Shown here in pieces: positions 23,586-37,500 of a stretch of 64,000 bases of DNA. The translations under genes were made by a program, and so were the position numbers. Source of the DNA: Catajapyx aquilonaris (taxonomy: Eukaryota); NCBI GenBank assembly GCA_000934665.2, contig JYFJ02000166.1:62001-126000 (forward strand), read 5' to 3'. The notes beneath the pieces are model-generated. The model searched no databases. It was not told the DNA's origin and saw only the letters and a list, made by a program, of their open reading frames with translations. The first letter of the stretch is position 1. Every line of letters starts with the position of its first letter.

Positions 23586-26500
23586 TGCTCAGCTTTGACG
23601 GGGGGACGTATATTTTCATCGGGAGGTCTTTTTATACTCTAACCACTTTGCACTGGGTTAATATGTTGAGCATAAACACCTCTCGTGCAATAGGCGTTTA
23701 GGTAGATGAAGACGTTGTGCTCTCACTATCTTTGCGTGGTTTTCACAAATGACATGTTAGTACACGCAAACATAATTTATGCACATACCTAACAGTTATA
23801 GTGGGTTTTATTTGAAAGGCGTGGGCACAATGGTTGAATAACCTTTGCCGTTGAGTGGCACCTACCGTACTATTCGCAGCAGGTTATATGTTAATTTTTA
23901 GTGTGATAATACCGTGTAGGTGTGCGTCATTGTGCTGTTATGATGCTTGAGAGCGTGCAATTTGTAGAGAGACATGCAGGCAAAGTTTCAAGAGTTCTAC
24001 TTTGTCAGGAATTTTCGTATATTATGGATGATTTAAATTGATGCATAAGTTTCTATAGTTGTCTTAATGATACAACCAGGTGCGTGTAAATTTAAATATA
24101 GTATGTTTAAGTACAGTGTTGTATTAAAAATTGACATCTAGGAAAGTGTAGGCCTAGTATGAACTATGAAGTAGTATGCAGTATGCCAGTAAGTTATAAG
24201 CTTATAACTTCACTGCTCCAGGGAATCGGGAAGCCTTCAAGCTGTTGTGTCTATAGTTCAGCCCAGGACAAGAGGCAGCCTTGACCCACCATGTGAACCA
24301 AACTATAGATATCATAAGATGGTAAAACCGGGTGGTTCAGGTGGAGTAGCCATGTCGTGAGTGGGTTTTTGAAGTACGGTTGCCAGTCGCAAATGGGACT
24401 AGGAATATGTGATACCCTATTTGGCATCTCGACATTTCTTATCCTTACTTCTTGAAACTTACATTTCAGCCTCTCAGCTTAGTCTTGGATTTGGGGACAA
24501 GTGCAGCATATGTAAGGCTGTTCACGTAAGATAGTAAGATTCGGTAACCTGGAGCAATTTCCCAAGCATATATAGTGGCGCTGGCGGCAAATTTAGCGGA
24601 GCAATTAGTCCGGAGGGAGGATACACAGCTTGTGATGTTGAAACTCCAGACAAGTGGTAAGAATGCGTGCACTCTTTCCCGACTACTGTTTTACCCCCTC
24701 GTGCTTTTTTACCTGGCAATCCCTCCTCCCCTCCCCACTTCCTAACATTGTTTTCTCCTCCCCCCTTTCATTGTAATTGCTGTCCATGATGCGAAGACGT
24801 GCTAAAACAACCAAGGGAAGCTCATTAGCGCGCGAGGTGGGAGAGTCGGGGGAGGGCGAGGGAGTAGCTCTCCATACACGCCATTCCTCTCCCTATAGAC
24901 CAGAGCACATCACGAGAAATGCACACGGGTAACACACACAAGCGATGGGCAGGTAACCCACGCACCGGCTCTTCTCAACGTCCTCGATTGGACGAGGATG
25001 CTCCATTGGCATGACGAGATGCGACAACACATTTCGGGGGCCTGATCGACAAAAAAGGTGGAGTGCCATAGCGATGGTCATCATGAAATGAGTTCCGCTA
25101 CGAAACACGAGGAGTATATCACTAACCATCCTATCCCCCCAACCCCCCGCTTGTGGAGTGTTTGGATTAGCTACCTCCAGCCTCTCTTTATTTGAACGTT
25201 GGCTTCATTTGGGAGGTGAGCCGTACTCGCTTCCGGTGCATTTCGCAGGAAGTAAACTCGTAATGAATTCTGCGGCACCATATAATCGCAAAATTGATGC
25301 GAGGGTGGAAAGGTTGGATGGAGAGGAGTAGTGGGGAGGTGGAGAGTGGGAGGGGGTGTATGATGATGGTGCGAGATCATACGGGGGCAATGCAGGATTG
25401 GATTTGCGATAAGGTTGTGAGTGGCAGTCGGGTTGAAGAGTGATGCGGCCTCGCACCTCTCCGAATTTTATGGCTATTTGTCGGCGAAGGGAAGGTTGCA
25501 GCAGGGCAGCCAACATTCTCCTCACGTGTCCAGTTCTAAAGCGCCACAATTTAGGCTAACCCCCCCTGCTATCAGTCCTGAGGGATTGACATCTATATAG
25601 GCCAGGGAGCGTCTTCGTTCGTTCCCCTCCCATTCTCCACCTCCTTTAACGTCCTCCTTCAGGTGGAAACGTCGAGGCTTTCGTAATGTCGAGAAGACGC
25701 TGGTTTTGAGACTGAATTTGGCTTGATTACTTCATGCCAGAGTAGTTTTGTCACGATTCAACGCCGCATCGGGAGTTGGAGGGGTGAAGTGAACACTTCA
25801 TAAAGTGCCGGGCTCGAGAATGAACAATCTGAATTTGGTGGTAATCGTCGTGAAATTTGTGTTACAAGAAAGTGCTGTTAATTTGCGCCCGCTGCAGCCC
25901 TCTAGATGCCGAGCTATTTCAATTTGGGGGGTGTTGCAAAAGGTAAACTGGGAGCACTTTGGGTTTCATTTTTGGAACTAGATTTATTGAGGCAACTTAA
26001 TGCGTGTCGGGGAATTTCCATAGCTTGGTAATTGCTTTTTATGGGGGAAGTGTACGGAAATGTTATTATTTGCACTTACATTGCGTGAATTGTGGTAGCA
26101 ACAATAGCTATTTATTTTTATCAGGTTGAAAGCATTCACATTTCACTGATCTGAAAAGCTAATTACCAATTGGATTACAGAATTTTTGATTGTTTATTTG
26201 GGTTGCCATGCCATGCAAAGTGAAATTCTACCAATGCAACATTGCTAAAATGTTACCGTGAACAACAAGTTACCCCTTGGGTAAATTACGTCCTGCGAGA
26301 AGCAAGAATGACAAGCTGCTTCAAACTGCTTTGCTGGGGTCAACAATGCGGTACTTCTTGATCTTGCAGTGCATCACCCCGTATACAATGACAATGCACA
26401 ACACTGCATTGCGAAGTAATATGAGCACCTCACCTCCACGTGTTGCTAGAACGTTGATGGCAGCAGAGAGCACATGACATATTGAGGATAGGGAACTGGA

Positions 26501-29500
26501 TCTCAGGAAGGCGGGAAAGTCCCCTGTAATATACCGGGAAAAGCAGTAGGGGGGTGATTATCCGGGAGGACTGATGTGATGCGCTCCGAGTGATTCAGCT
26601 CTCCGAGAGGCGGTGACGCCCCGGAACTGTGATGAAGTCATTCCAGAGGAGATAATCGAGGGGCGCATGGGATCTCGTAAAAACCGAGAAGATGGCCATG
26701 CAAGTGGGATATGGAAGGCCTGCATTGGGGGAGGCCCTCGTAATCCGGACGACGTTTAGTGCAGCGCCCGGACCCATTGTGGGACGTCGTTGGTGGCAGC
26801 GGCGTCGGTCAAGAGCCCGCCTTGCTCTCCGAAGCACCTGCGAAACTATCTCGGAAATAAATTCCGGGCGCGAGTGTGACTTCGATCGGGACGGACGGAC
26901 GGGTCGGGGCATCGGCTCTCGCCCCCAGGGCCTCTTTGTTTGTGGCCCTGGCGAGAAAAGAAAGTTCATCGTCCTCCCGGAATACAAGGGGAAGGCGGGA
27001 TCTGGAGGGGGGTTGGGAGATTGTGTGGGGGGAGGGGGAGAGCTGGCCTTCAGCAGGCTCAGTGGCTGCTCAAGAGGAGAAGAAGCTTGTCCGGGCGACT
27101 ACTCATCATGCACATGAGTTGCCCTCTCCTCCGCCACCACCACCGCGGCTGCGAAAGAAGCAGCTCCTCGGGGAGGGATGGACACGACGTGTCAACGAGG
27201 CATCCAGGGCCGGATTGGGTGGCCGTCTTGTTACGCGCTGCCCGATTGGTTGCCCGCGGCCGCAACAATTAAATTAGCCCACATTCTTCGCGAGACACCA
27301 TAAATCGGACGGGTTGTTGTTGCTCCCGAGAGGATTTCGGCCCCTCCTCCGCTGTTCGGTGAGGTCCTTTGGCAGGCAGGTTCGGTTCTTGAGCCTATCG
27401 GTTGCCGCCTCATTTACGTGCTGAAACATTTCATTAAAACGGCGGGATCTTTTTAGGCTGCAATGGGTTATTGAAAATGTACTCATGAGAGTGACAAAAA
27501 CATGGGCGCGGGCAGCTTATAGGTGGCGCTCTTATGTCATGCATGTAACTGTCTGTCGTGTTGCATGCAGGATGGTGCCCTCTCCCAAATCTGCAAAAAA
27601 AAGGGGGGGGGGGGGAAAGAAAGGAGTGGTGGTTGGGATTGCTGACCCCAGCAACCAGTTTAAAGAGAAGCAACCAATTGGAAGCCACAATCTTACTTGC
27701 TCAAAACACAGACTTCTATACAAACAATTCATAACTAATCAGCAAGGAGCTGGTGGTATGCCTTTTCTAAGACCACATGCGCATGGGGAATACCACAGGT
27801 GCATACCAAGTAACAGACCTCTAACTGCATTAGGCCGTAACGCTCATTTCAGGGCCTATCTTCTTTTGGTTATTGCTCGTAGTACGTTGTGAGTGGTTAT
27901 GGTCTAGTTGCACACATACACACGCCTGCCTACCTTGGCGTATATAAGCTTTATTAGCCAGGAGCGATATATTTCCCGTATATCTGGCTTTGCTGTACTT
28001 ATGGCGCGTTTCATGCCTGAGAAATTGCACTAATGGCAGCGTAAATACCCGGGTGAACTTGATAACTAATTGGCACATTCGTGACTGTACCGCTCATGCA
28101 TGCACATATTCCCTATAGCGTATATAAGGGCATTAGTGAGAGAGAGAGAGAAAAAAAGGAGGGGGTGGAGGGTTGGGGGGAAAGTGGGCGAAAAACTGAT
28201 GGAGGACAGTGTCCTTATTTACATTCTGGGCCTCTGCCCTGAACTTTCCAACAGCAGCTTGTTTCTTATTATGAAAGCCCCAGATTGCCGTCCGTTATCG
28301 GATTGAACTTGGTGCCCTCAGCGTGGAGATTGGCGGCGGCCTGACCAAATGCGAAGGGACAGCAAGAGGAATGAAGTGTTCCTATGGGTGACGTTTTCGC
28401 GGATAAAAGAGTCAACAAGGCGGTCACTTTTATGTTGGCTTCCGCGAGATGGGTGCGAGGCCTTGGGCCTGCGAGTGCAACCAGGGACGCCTTGTCGGAT
28501 CTAACCCGACTGATATTACGAATTTGACTTCCGTTAGTTGTTTTTAGTTATCTTTTTATTTAGGGCTAATGGGCGATTTCATTTCCTGCCATGGAGTGGG
28601 ATCACTGGAAGGGTCACGCGAGCCGTCTTTGGTTTCCTTGTATATCAAAGGGCTGGATTTATTTTGGCCGTATGCAAAGTGACAACGTTTACTGATGGTT
28701 TTGACCTATGACGCGATGCCATTCTTAGACGCGACTGTCGGTCTTTTTTTTGTGTGTGGCGTGGTAGATATGCTGTGATAGCTTCTTTTTTCTTTTTTCT
28801 TTTTAAAAAAAGGGAAGCAAGTAGACATTTCATAATAAATAATTCAGTTTACAGTGTCAGATAAGGGTTAAACATGAATATACAGGGATTTTTAAAGGCT
28901 CGATTAGGAACACGAAGGCATGAACCGGAGTGTGGACTGGTGTAAGATAACTCGCGACAGGCTTCCATGACCTCTCATGGATCTACTTTTCAGTACATCA
29001 TCTGATTGTTGTCGATGATTTTGAAAGTGACCGAATATTTTCTTAAAAATATGCGAGCATGGACAGAACCTCTGAAAATTATTTTCATAAAATAATGTGC
29101 GTGATCTGTTAGTTTATGATTTACAAACCAGTTGGCAGGAACTGTTGGTTGTACCCCCCATTGACGTGGCGACAGCCAGTATATTTGAGCAAATCCAGTT
29201 ATTCCCATATTTTCGTTGGTGCGGCAATGAGTGGGGAAGCGACACCCCCGCCTCCCTGTCAGATAAGTGGGAGGGTGAACAAGGTTAGGCGGCTGGTGGA
29301 AGGAATCCCCCTGGTGTGTGTCCCCCTCCTTTCCGTTCAGTCATTGGAGCCCAGATTCGATTATCCGTAAACTTCATTGTGAATACAGCAAATTTGCAAG
29401 GCAGGTTCGTTAATCGCCACTAGCCGTAAACAGCAGGGTGGGAGGGACCTGGAAGGGGGTAGGGGAAGGAAGATATGAGTCTGCATCTCTCGGTTGGCGG

Positions 29501-32500
29501 AGGCGGCCGATATTACAAATCCTGTAGGAGCGGCGTCGAGTTTGGCGGTAAGGAGATGGGGGGATCCGGGCCTCATCCCCGGGTCTGGATCAGACCAGAA
29601 TGAGGAGAGAGTGGGAGGGATGGGAGTGGAGGGTAGTGGTGGTGGGAGGCTGGGACAGACGCTGGCTGGCAGAATGTGCAGCTAATATGCCTGCATCGAT
29701 CGGCTCGGGGTCTCTTTGGCCGATCCTGCCAAAGCTGGCGGCACTGGCAGCAGCCAGGAAGAAGGCTTGGCTTCCGCTCCTTCTCCTCCAAATGGCAAGG
29801 AAAAGGATCCCCTTCCTTCCTCTCGCGATGGCTCGAGACGCTTTCCTTGGCGACTTGCGCCAGAAGAGAGGCCCCCTCCATATACCCATATAGCCCAGAA
29901 CGCAATCTGACATGCCTTCGCTTGTTTGGCATTCGAGGAAGTCTCCGAAACCGTTTGAGTTTCTCAGGGCGAATATTAGGATTTGCACCGGCACTCGAGG
30001 GAATACGTAGACTACAGGGTGTTGCAACAAATGACATCCCGTAAAGGGAAAGGGGGAGTTTGCAAAGAGCGTTGTTTGTTGGGTTTTCTGTCTGCTTCGT
30101 AAAGGTTAAATAGCCCAAAAAGAGAATGCGAACATACTGTATATTCAAATGCTTCAAATAGCATTTCGTTGCGCCCGAATTTTTAACAAAAACCGCATGT
30201 TAATCAAACGCCGATAGTCACATTTTTGGGGATGAAAGAATACCATCAGGCAATTCACATTTTTTCGCCCAAAGTCGGGGTGGTAAATTAGGTACGCCAG
30301 TAACAGTGCTTTAGTAGCATTTTCCACCTATAGAAACAGGCATACCGACTGTGTTATTCTCCAAGTTAAAATCGGGCCTTAATGCAGGTAACTTTTGGAT
30401 GGCCCTTGTGCAGCACTCCTGCTGGCGGGCAATTCCCGCTCGGTATAGAACAACCCTTCTGTTACAGGTATAAGCGGAATGCCAGGCGAGCGAGTGTCAC
30501 ACATCCTGTAACCAACTATGCACTTGGAGAGGAATCTGGGGCAATTCGCGGCAATTCACAGAGATGCAATTAGTAAAATGTGTGGGATTCCGGATGCTGC
30601 CAGGGAATCCATATAGAAGAGAAGGGGTTAATTCGGCGGAATTCGTGCAAATATGAGGAATATCCGGGGAATCAAGGTAGTGCACATTTTAAAACGCCCG
30701 CTGCTGATATCCTCCTCTTTTTTTTACGCTTTTGAGAGACGTACGGTACGTCATTTCTGTGGAATAATTGATGACTCCGTTACAATCCTCTGCTGGAGCG
30801 ATGCTGCAGGCAAGAAAGAGTCCAGGGGTAATTTGGACATAGTGGAGTTACGGAAGAGGCAAAGGCGGTCCATTTCCCTTTGGTGGCCACCTGCTGGAAT
30901 TGCAACGGGCCTTTTCAGCCACCGAGATTGCAGCTTTGGAAAGCCGTGGGCACGGGGAAAAGTGAGGAACAAATAGTTTTGGGTGTTGGATTCGACTTGG
31001 CCTGGAATGGTAGCTCGGAGGGAGGGGAGGAGGGCAGTGGAGGGGGTGGGGGTGGGTGGAGATGGACCATGTTAGGGGTTTCAGAGAGGCTGGTTTCCCT
31101 GGCGTTAAGTAGTGCTTGCGGTGCCTCTAGCTCCACGAACAGCTAATTTGCCTACTTCGGGGGAAGGAACGGTGTGCCGGGTCATTAGTCCAGTACCAGG
31201 AGGTGTGGCCCAGCACGTGGATCCGTATACCCGAGGACTGGATGCTGGCGCCCATATGCTGAAGAATGCCATCTCCTGGGTTTATTACCTCTCTTGCAGG
31301 GCTCTCGTGGTCTTCTGCAGGTGTTACTTCCTCTCGGAATGCCCACTGAAATGGATGTTTATGTTGTTGCGTCAGGGTGTTAGCAGCGTATAGAAGTGAT
31401 ATTGAGAGGGAGTGGCATTTGATATCTGGAGATCAAATGTTAATCAAACCAGTGGAAAGGAGTTGAGATCGGGTTTTGTGAAGGGGTTCCCTCCCCTCTC
31501 CCGCACCCTCACTTTTTTTCATATATACTTAGAGTCGAGTGCACATAAGCCCGCAGCGTGTTCTGCTCATAGCCCTGGAGAGCACGCAGGAGTACCCTAC
31601 TTTTAATTAGGTGTAATAGGATGGGCGCCAACCGGCATAAAATTAGCCAGTGTGCATATACTGGCGCGGGCGATCCGACGTATTCTGCAATCTATACACC
31701 GTTGGAGAGGCGTTTCTCGGCGGCGGTTCTCGTCCATTGACGGTATAGCTTCCACATTAATTTGCCTCTCGTCTAGCTAGGCATTAGTGCCCTCTGCTTT
31801 TGCAGCTGCAGAAGGAGAAGAGCCAAGACTAGAGAGTGGGGGCACATCAAAGCTGCAGGGGGAAAGATATATAGAGGAGTGCGAGGCTCCACGGCTAATG
31901 AATATGCATTGCGAGCTCATTGCCACTTGCATGTCGCTGGTCCTTTCCCGCCTTTTCGCTGATGTTATCTGGTGTGGGTGGGAGGAAAAGAGAGGCATCC
32001 CGCCCGTAGGCAACCGTCAAGGTGGTCGTGGCCATTCGAGGCGTCGAACCTGTCAGACGTTTCGGTTCGAACGTATCAGGAATGCATGACACCATCATGA
32101 CACCATGAAATGAAAACAAAATGTTCAGGGTGTAATGGGACAATCCAGCATGAAACGGAGTTGGAAACCGAAATGAAACTTTAATCTTTATCGAAACATC
32201 CCGAGATGACCACATGGAAGGGGTTGGATGTGGGCGGGAGGAAGGTGGGCCTCACCCGTCCTCAGTACAACGTTGCTCCGCACACGAAACCCAGCACCCC
32301 ACCCCCAAACCCGAGCACGCGTGCTGTTCTGTGACTCACGTCAGATCACGTACGCGGTATATCGCATTCACACCCCGTGCACCGCACTGCCTAATTAATT
32401 ACATAAAAAACTCCACCCCTTATTATTCGCATGCCGGTTCACTAGGGATTGTTACCCACCCTCTCACATCGGTGGCGGCGGTGGGGTATCGGAGGTGTCA

Positions 32501-34557
32501 GATGTGTGTGCATCGTTAACACCTTGTTAAATAGGACCGAATGCAGCGGGTGTACATAAAGTCGGCCTTATTAATTAGGGGTGGTATAGGCCGGCAATTT
32601 TCATTGACCTGCGAATCTCTAATTAGCGCTGACTAGGGATCGTTTATTGTGTGCTGACTCGGTTGTGGGTCCTGTGTTGCAAAATCTGACAGACGTGGCC
32701 CCAGGGAAGTGATTACTGATTAGATCACTTGGGATGTGTATGCGGTACGATCCCCTCTCCGTATACTAACCATTCCTCACACCCCCTTTTTCCACATTGC
32801 CGGAGAGTGCGTTGCATCCACACGTGCAGGTGGAAACCCATTCAACCCGATTTTCTGGTTCTGCCCTGGCCGAGTGGCTTTTTGAACGACGCCAGCTCGC
32901 CGATTCCGCGATTGGTAGCTTTCATAACCAGGCCTTGGTTTGAAGTTTTGGGGCAGTTTGCACACACCGTAACATATGTTGCACATAATCGAGGACCCAG
33001 CACTCGGTAGTATAGAAAGGTGACTTTCGGACTCGCCTGATGCCTTGAAGTAGGACTGTCGTGATTAGCCCTAAGATGTGGAACTAGAAATCGTTGCTGC
33101 ATTATACAGATCAAAACGCGTGACCTACAATCAGCGTCCAGTTTTCTGCATACGGAATGCGTCCTTCCGTATATACATTCTCATGCACCACTCTGCCGAT
33201 TGTCGCACAAATACCTCTCCGCAGAATCCTTTCGGCATCACGATATGTCGTTTTCTTGCGACCAGGTAAATGCTACAGTGATACCCCAGAATTGATCCTT
33301 GAATACCCCACAGCTGCCGGTTGGAATTCCAAGAGGAACCGGGGCGGATTTCCCCTTTGGCCTGTGTACTGGGGAACGGGTACCTTGCAACTGCTAGAAC
33401 TAAATCCGCAGATCGCTACCATCGCTGAACTATGATAGAACCCGCCTGCCTTTGTTACAAGAGAAGGGAGAGAGGGGGAAAGAGAGATAGGTCGCGGTGG
33501 CAGGTTGGAAGGAGACGCCCGAAGCAAAAATTCAATACCGTGAATTCCAAGGAGAGTTCAAGTGGCGGTGAGGGGGGAAGGAGAAGCAGATTTAAAGAAG
33601 GGGGACCGAGGGAAGAGAGGGGGAGGGGACCCTGAAGATCAATATGCATTATGCATCAAGTCATGCGGTTCTGAAGAATGAAGAAGAAAATTTTCATATT
33701 TATTATTGTGAAGGAAAACACGATTATTGGATTTTCCTCTCGGAGCGCTGTTAATAAGCCACGCTGCAGCGGATCACGTGGAAATGATCAGTCGAAAAAG
33801 TGGGATCTCATTATGATCTATATAGGGAAAGGAATTTGGAAATTTTACGCCGAGGAAGCCTTGCAAGATTGCATGGACAAGCAAATGTTGTTGAAAATGA
33901 AAACATTGGTTGCAGTCTGGTTGCAGTTTGTTTTAATAAACTGGTAATTTTTGCACTTGGCCTAACAAACTTTTTACATTGTTGATGTGGCGACAACAAT
34001 GTGTGTATTTATGGGTATCAGTCATACGGAATTGTGACTTCATTCGAAAAGAAGCAAGAGTTTTGTAGACCTCAGCAAAGATATTTTGTTGACACTCGAT
34101 GGCGGTCGATGCAAAATTTTGCAATAAATCAGCGGAACCATTCGGGACGGGTTTGTTAACATTAGCCCAGCAATATCACAGCGTAAACACTGTCGGATTT
34201 CCCGGCTACGTGCTCGAGTACCTCTCTCTGTTTTAGATATCGAACATTTCAGGCTAGGATATGCAGTAGCCGTTCATGATATATGCATTTTTGTTTGTTT
34301 GCGTTTTTTTATTTTTTTTAAAAAAAAAACCTCACTGGAAGGCAATGCCACGCAAACTCGCGACGTCTAGACAGCGTTATTCCCGTGTCCTGAAAATCTA
34401 ATATTCTCTCAAAATGTAAGGCGGCTTCTCAAGCCGAGGATTATCCAACCCAAGTTTTCCTTACCTGGTGTTGGAGGAGAAAAGTAAATAAACATCAGCA
34501 CCGGCGGCTTGGCGTTGAGTAATGTTGACGTGCTGTAGATATAGGCCTCCCTTCAAT

Positions 34558-34583
34558 CCCCCCCCCCCCCCCCCCCNCCCCCC
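34558..34583 (+). repeat. Poly-C homopolymer containing an N (34577)
   Basis: Directly visible; its length is probably unreliable in the assembly. Confidence 0.95.
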
Positions 34584-37500
34584 AGCGTAATTGCGCCTTA
34601 CGAATGGGGTGTTAATTTTCAGAATGGGCTATTGATTGGCTTTTTGAATTATGGAGGGAATGGAATCGTTTCCGATAGGTCAGGGTTAATTCGTCGGTTG
34701 AAGACCGCAACGCCTCACCCGAATTAGAACCTGCGGAATGAAGGCTGTCGAAAGGAAACGTTAGTAGTTAGTTACCAGAGCGATGATTATATTGGAGGAA
34801 TTGTTCGTGCCGCGTGCTCGTGCTCTTTCATGACTCCGTACAGTATAACGTGGCACTAGAGCGGTCATCATCAGGGGCAGGGAAATAAGTGGACATTCCA
34901 TAATTTTAATAATTACAAGTCTGTGACTGCCACAGGAGATTTGCTTAACGCGATAATGGTCGTCGAGATAAAAACGCAAATTGTTTTCCCCCAAAAGACC
35001 CCGAGTGGGTGTGCTGCAACAAAAACCTTGACATTTCCCTGATCACCCCCAACTCAGGTGGAAATTGAACCGATTGAAGGTTGCGCCCTAAAGAGCACGA
35101 AAAAAGGTTGACCTGTAATAACACGAGGGCTTTTCATTGAGAGTAGAGTCGTGCCCAAGTGGGCTTGACCCGGAACGATAAAAAAAAAGCGGAATAAAAA
35201 AAGCACGGAGAGGACGCTGTCTGGAACCTTCACCTCGGAGTTCCTCACACGTTGCGTTGGAAATAAAAATTGAAGGTTGGAGGAGGCAGTGACACGTGAC
35301 GTGTAACACTGCAGAGGAGCAGCACGTTTCTCTGGGAGTTCATTGCGTTTCCGATGTGAAGTCGGTGCGGCCACCGTGAAGCACCCACGGCTCCAGTCGA
35401 AGTCAAATTTCAACCGAGAGAAGCACCTGCTGGCGCTGCTGTCGTTTCATGTACATAGTTGTGTCGTACTCGAGAGCCGGAATTTTGGAGGGGACGGAGC
35501 CGGCCTGCGCTTGCACTTTGTGCCTGCGACCTCATTAAGGATAAACTTTAAGCAAAGGAATTAATTGGCGATGGATAATTAGTGTTTGTTCTAGCATCTT
35601 AGCTTTCAAATTGCGCGGAGAAGCTAAAAAGTTGGCGGTGATTAGGTGACATTCACGATACGTGAGTAACCGGTGAACTCTGAAGCAGAGCAAACAAGGT
35701 CTAATGTTAATCAGCTAATTTGATTGTACCTTTGGCCGATGTGATGGAGCGTTTAGGATGGGCATAACCATCCGAAAGCATGCAGAGTTACTGGGGAGGA
35801 CACTGTCCGACAGCAGGATTTTTATATCGATAATCGATGTTGCATAAATATTTAGTCGAGTTGGGTGTATCAAAAACCGCAATTTTGCAACCGAATATTG
35901 AAAATCGCCGACCTCGAAATGTACTTTTAAAACGTATCGACCAATTATGGAGATATCGCATGTTCTATACAGTATATGTCAAAAACATCGCCTATTACTA
36001 TACCAACCTCACGTAATTTAAAAAAAAAATCACAAAAAGTTTATTTGATGAGGGCACCCAATTTTATTTGCGGTACATGATCGCTCGTAATGATTGAGCT
36101 GTTTCATGAGGTCGGTCTTGATTGAATCGTGCTATGATTTTTTATGGAAAGATTGCCCTCAGCTGTCCCGATCGTATAGCGAAAAAGGAGCAAACACCGG
36201 ACGCGTCCGGCCGGTCAGGTACAAGTGGTTAACGGTTCTAATCGCAGGTCGCGTCCTTGCCTGTCACAGAACAGTATATTCCTGGACCCTTGGCAATTGT
36301 GGTGGGACAAATAGCGGTGCTGAGATAGAGCAGCAGGAGAAAAGCGGAGGAGGGGGAATAGAAGTAGCACTGGGCCTCTCCATTCCAGCTCGTTTGGGGC
36401 ACTCGAGTAGCTGTCTTGGGTATATCTTAGTCACGCCTTGATCGCCGAAAAGACAAGCGGATTGAACTGGGGCAGCGCAGCGTTGCAGTCCCTTCAGAAT
36501 TATATATTACTTGGCGAGGCTACACCGGAGGTCCTTGATTTAAGCGTCCTGTGATGGTAGTTATTTGGAAAACTGCATTTTTTTTCTGCGGAATAGTTGC
36601 TCCCGTTACTGGCAATTTTAGAAAGTAACATGCAAGTGGGCTACAAGACAGCGAATTTTGGGGGGGACTACATTTTAAATATTTTTGGTATTTTTTAGCG
36701 GGCGAAATCACACGGTTGTGTTCCCGTAGCGTGTATATGCTGGTCGCCCGATGTTGCATTGAGGTTGATGATTGGTGCAGCCGTATACCTGGCCTATATG
36801 CAATGCTGGTGCGCTTGCAGCGAAATTCGAACGCTGTCAGGGATGAGGATCGGGCCCATATATATCCTGCTTGACAAATGTCGTGTTTTTCCCCCCGCCA
36901 GTGTGTTTCCCTTAACATAATGTGGCTGAAAGTCGACAGTGTTGATGTTTGGTATACGTGACGGTCAACAATCCTTGTCCAAACATCATTTGACAGCGCA
37001 ATCGCTGCACAAGTGGAGCCGGTAACTGGAGTGACATTAGATGCATATATTTATGTAGGGCGTGCGCGGCATTTCCAGCGCTTTTGACGAGGATGCTCAT
37101 GTCACGAGGGGTACGGCGGTCCTGCCACATTTTTGTACATGGTCCGTGGAGGTGAAGGACGTGTTTCGAAGGCGTGCTGGCTACATAGGAGAGAGAGGGG
37201 GGAACTGGGTATAGAGGCAAGGAGGGAGTGGTGGAGGAGTGAAGCCCATTGGGTATGCAAGAGCAAGCCAGGAACCTTTTCACCTTGATGCATGTTGCAC
37301 GGGACCTTGAATCGAACAGCCCTTGCTGCAGCATCTTCTTCTTTTTGGACGGCGACAACGCGGTTTTGCACCCGGGGCACACGATGGAAACCCGACTGGA
37401 ATGCCCTGGCTCGATCTGCATCCATGCAGGAGCAGCGCTGCCGAATTACGGAGCCATCCCCTTTTAAGGCTCAAGTTCTGGTCGAGTTGCATCAAAGGCA

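Noticed and set aside
2060..33271. Weaker + strand AG|GT fusions at 2083-2090 (GTATTT), 30466-30473 (GTATAA) and 33264-33271 (GTAAAT)
   Set aside because: Donor or pyrimidine tract is weak, and such sites are expected by chance.
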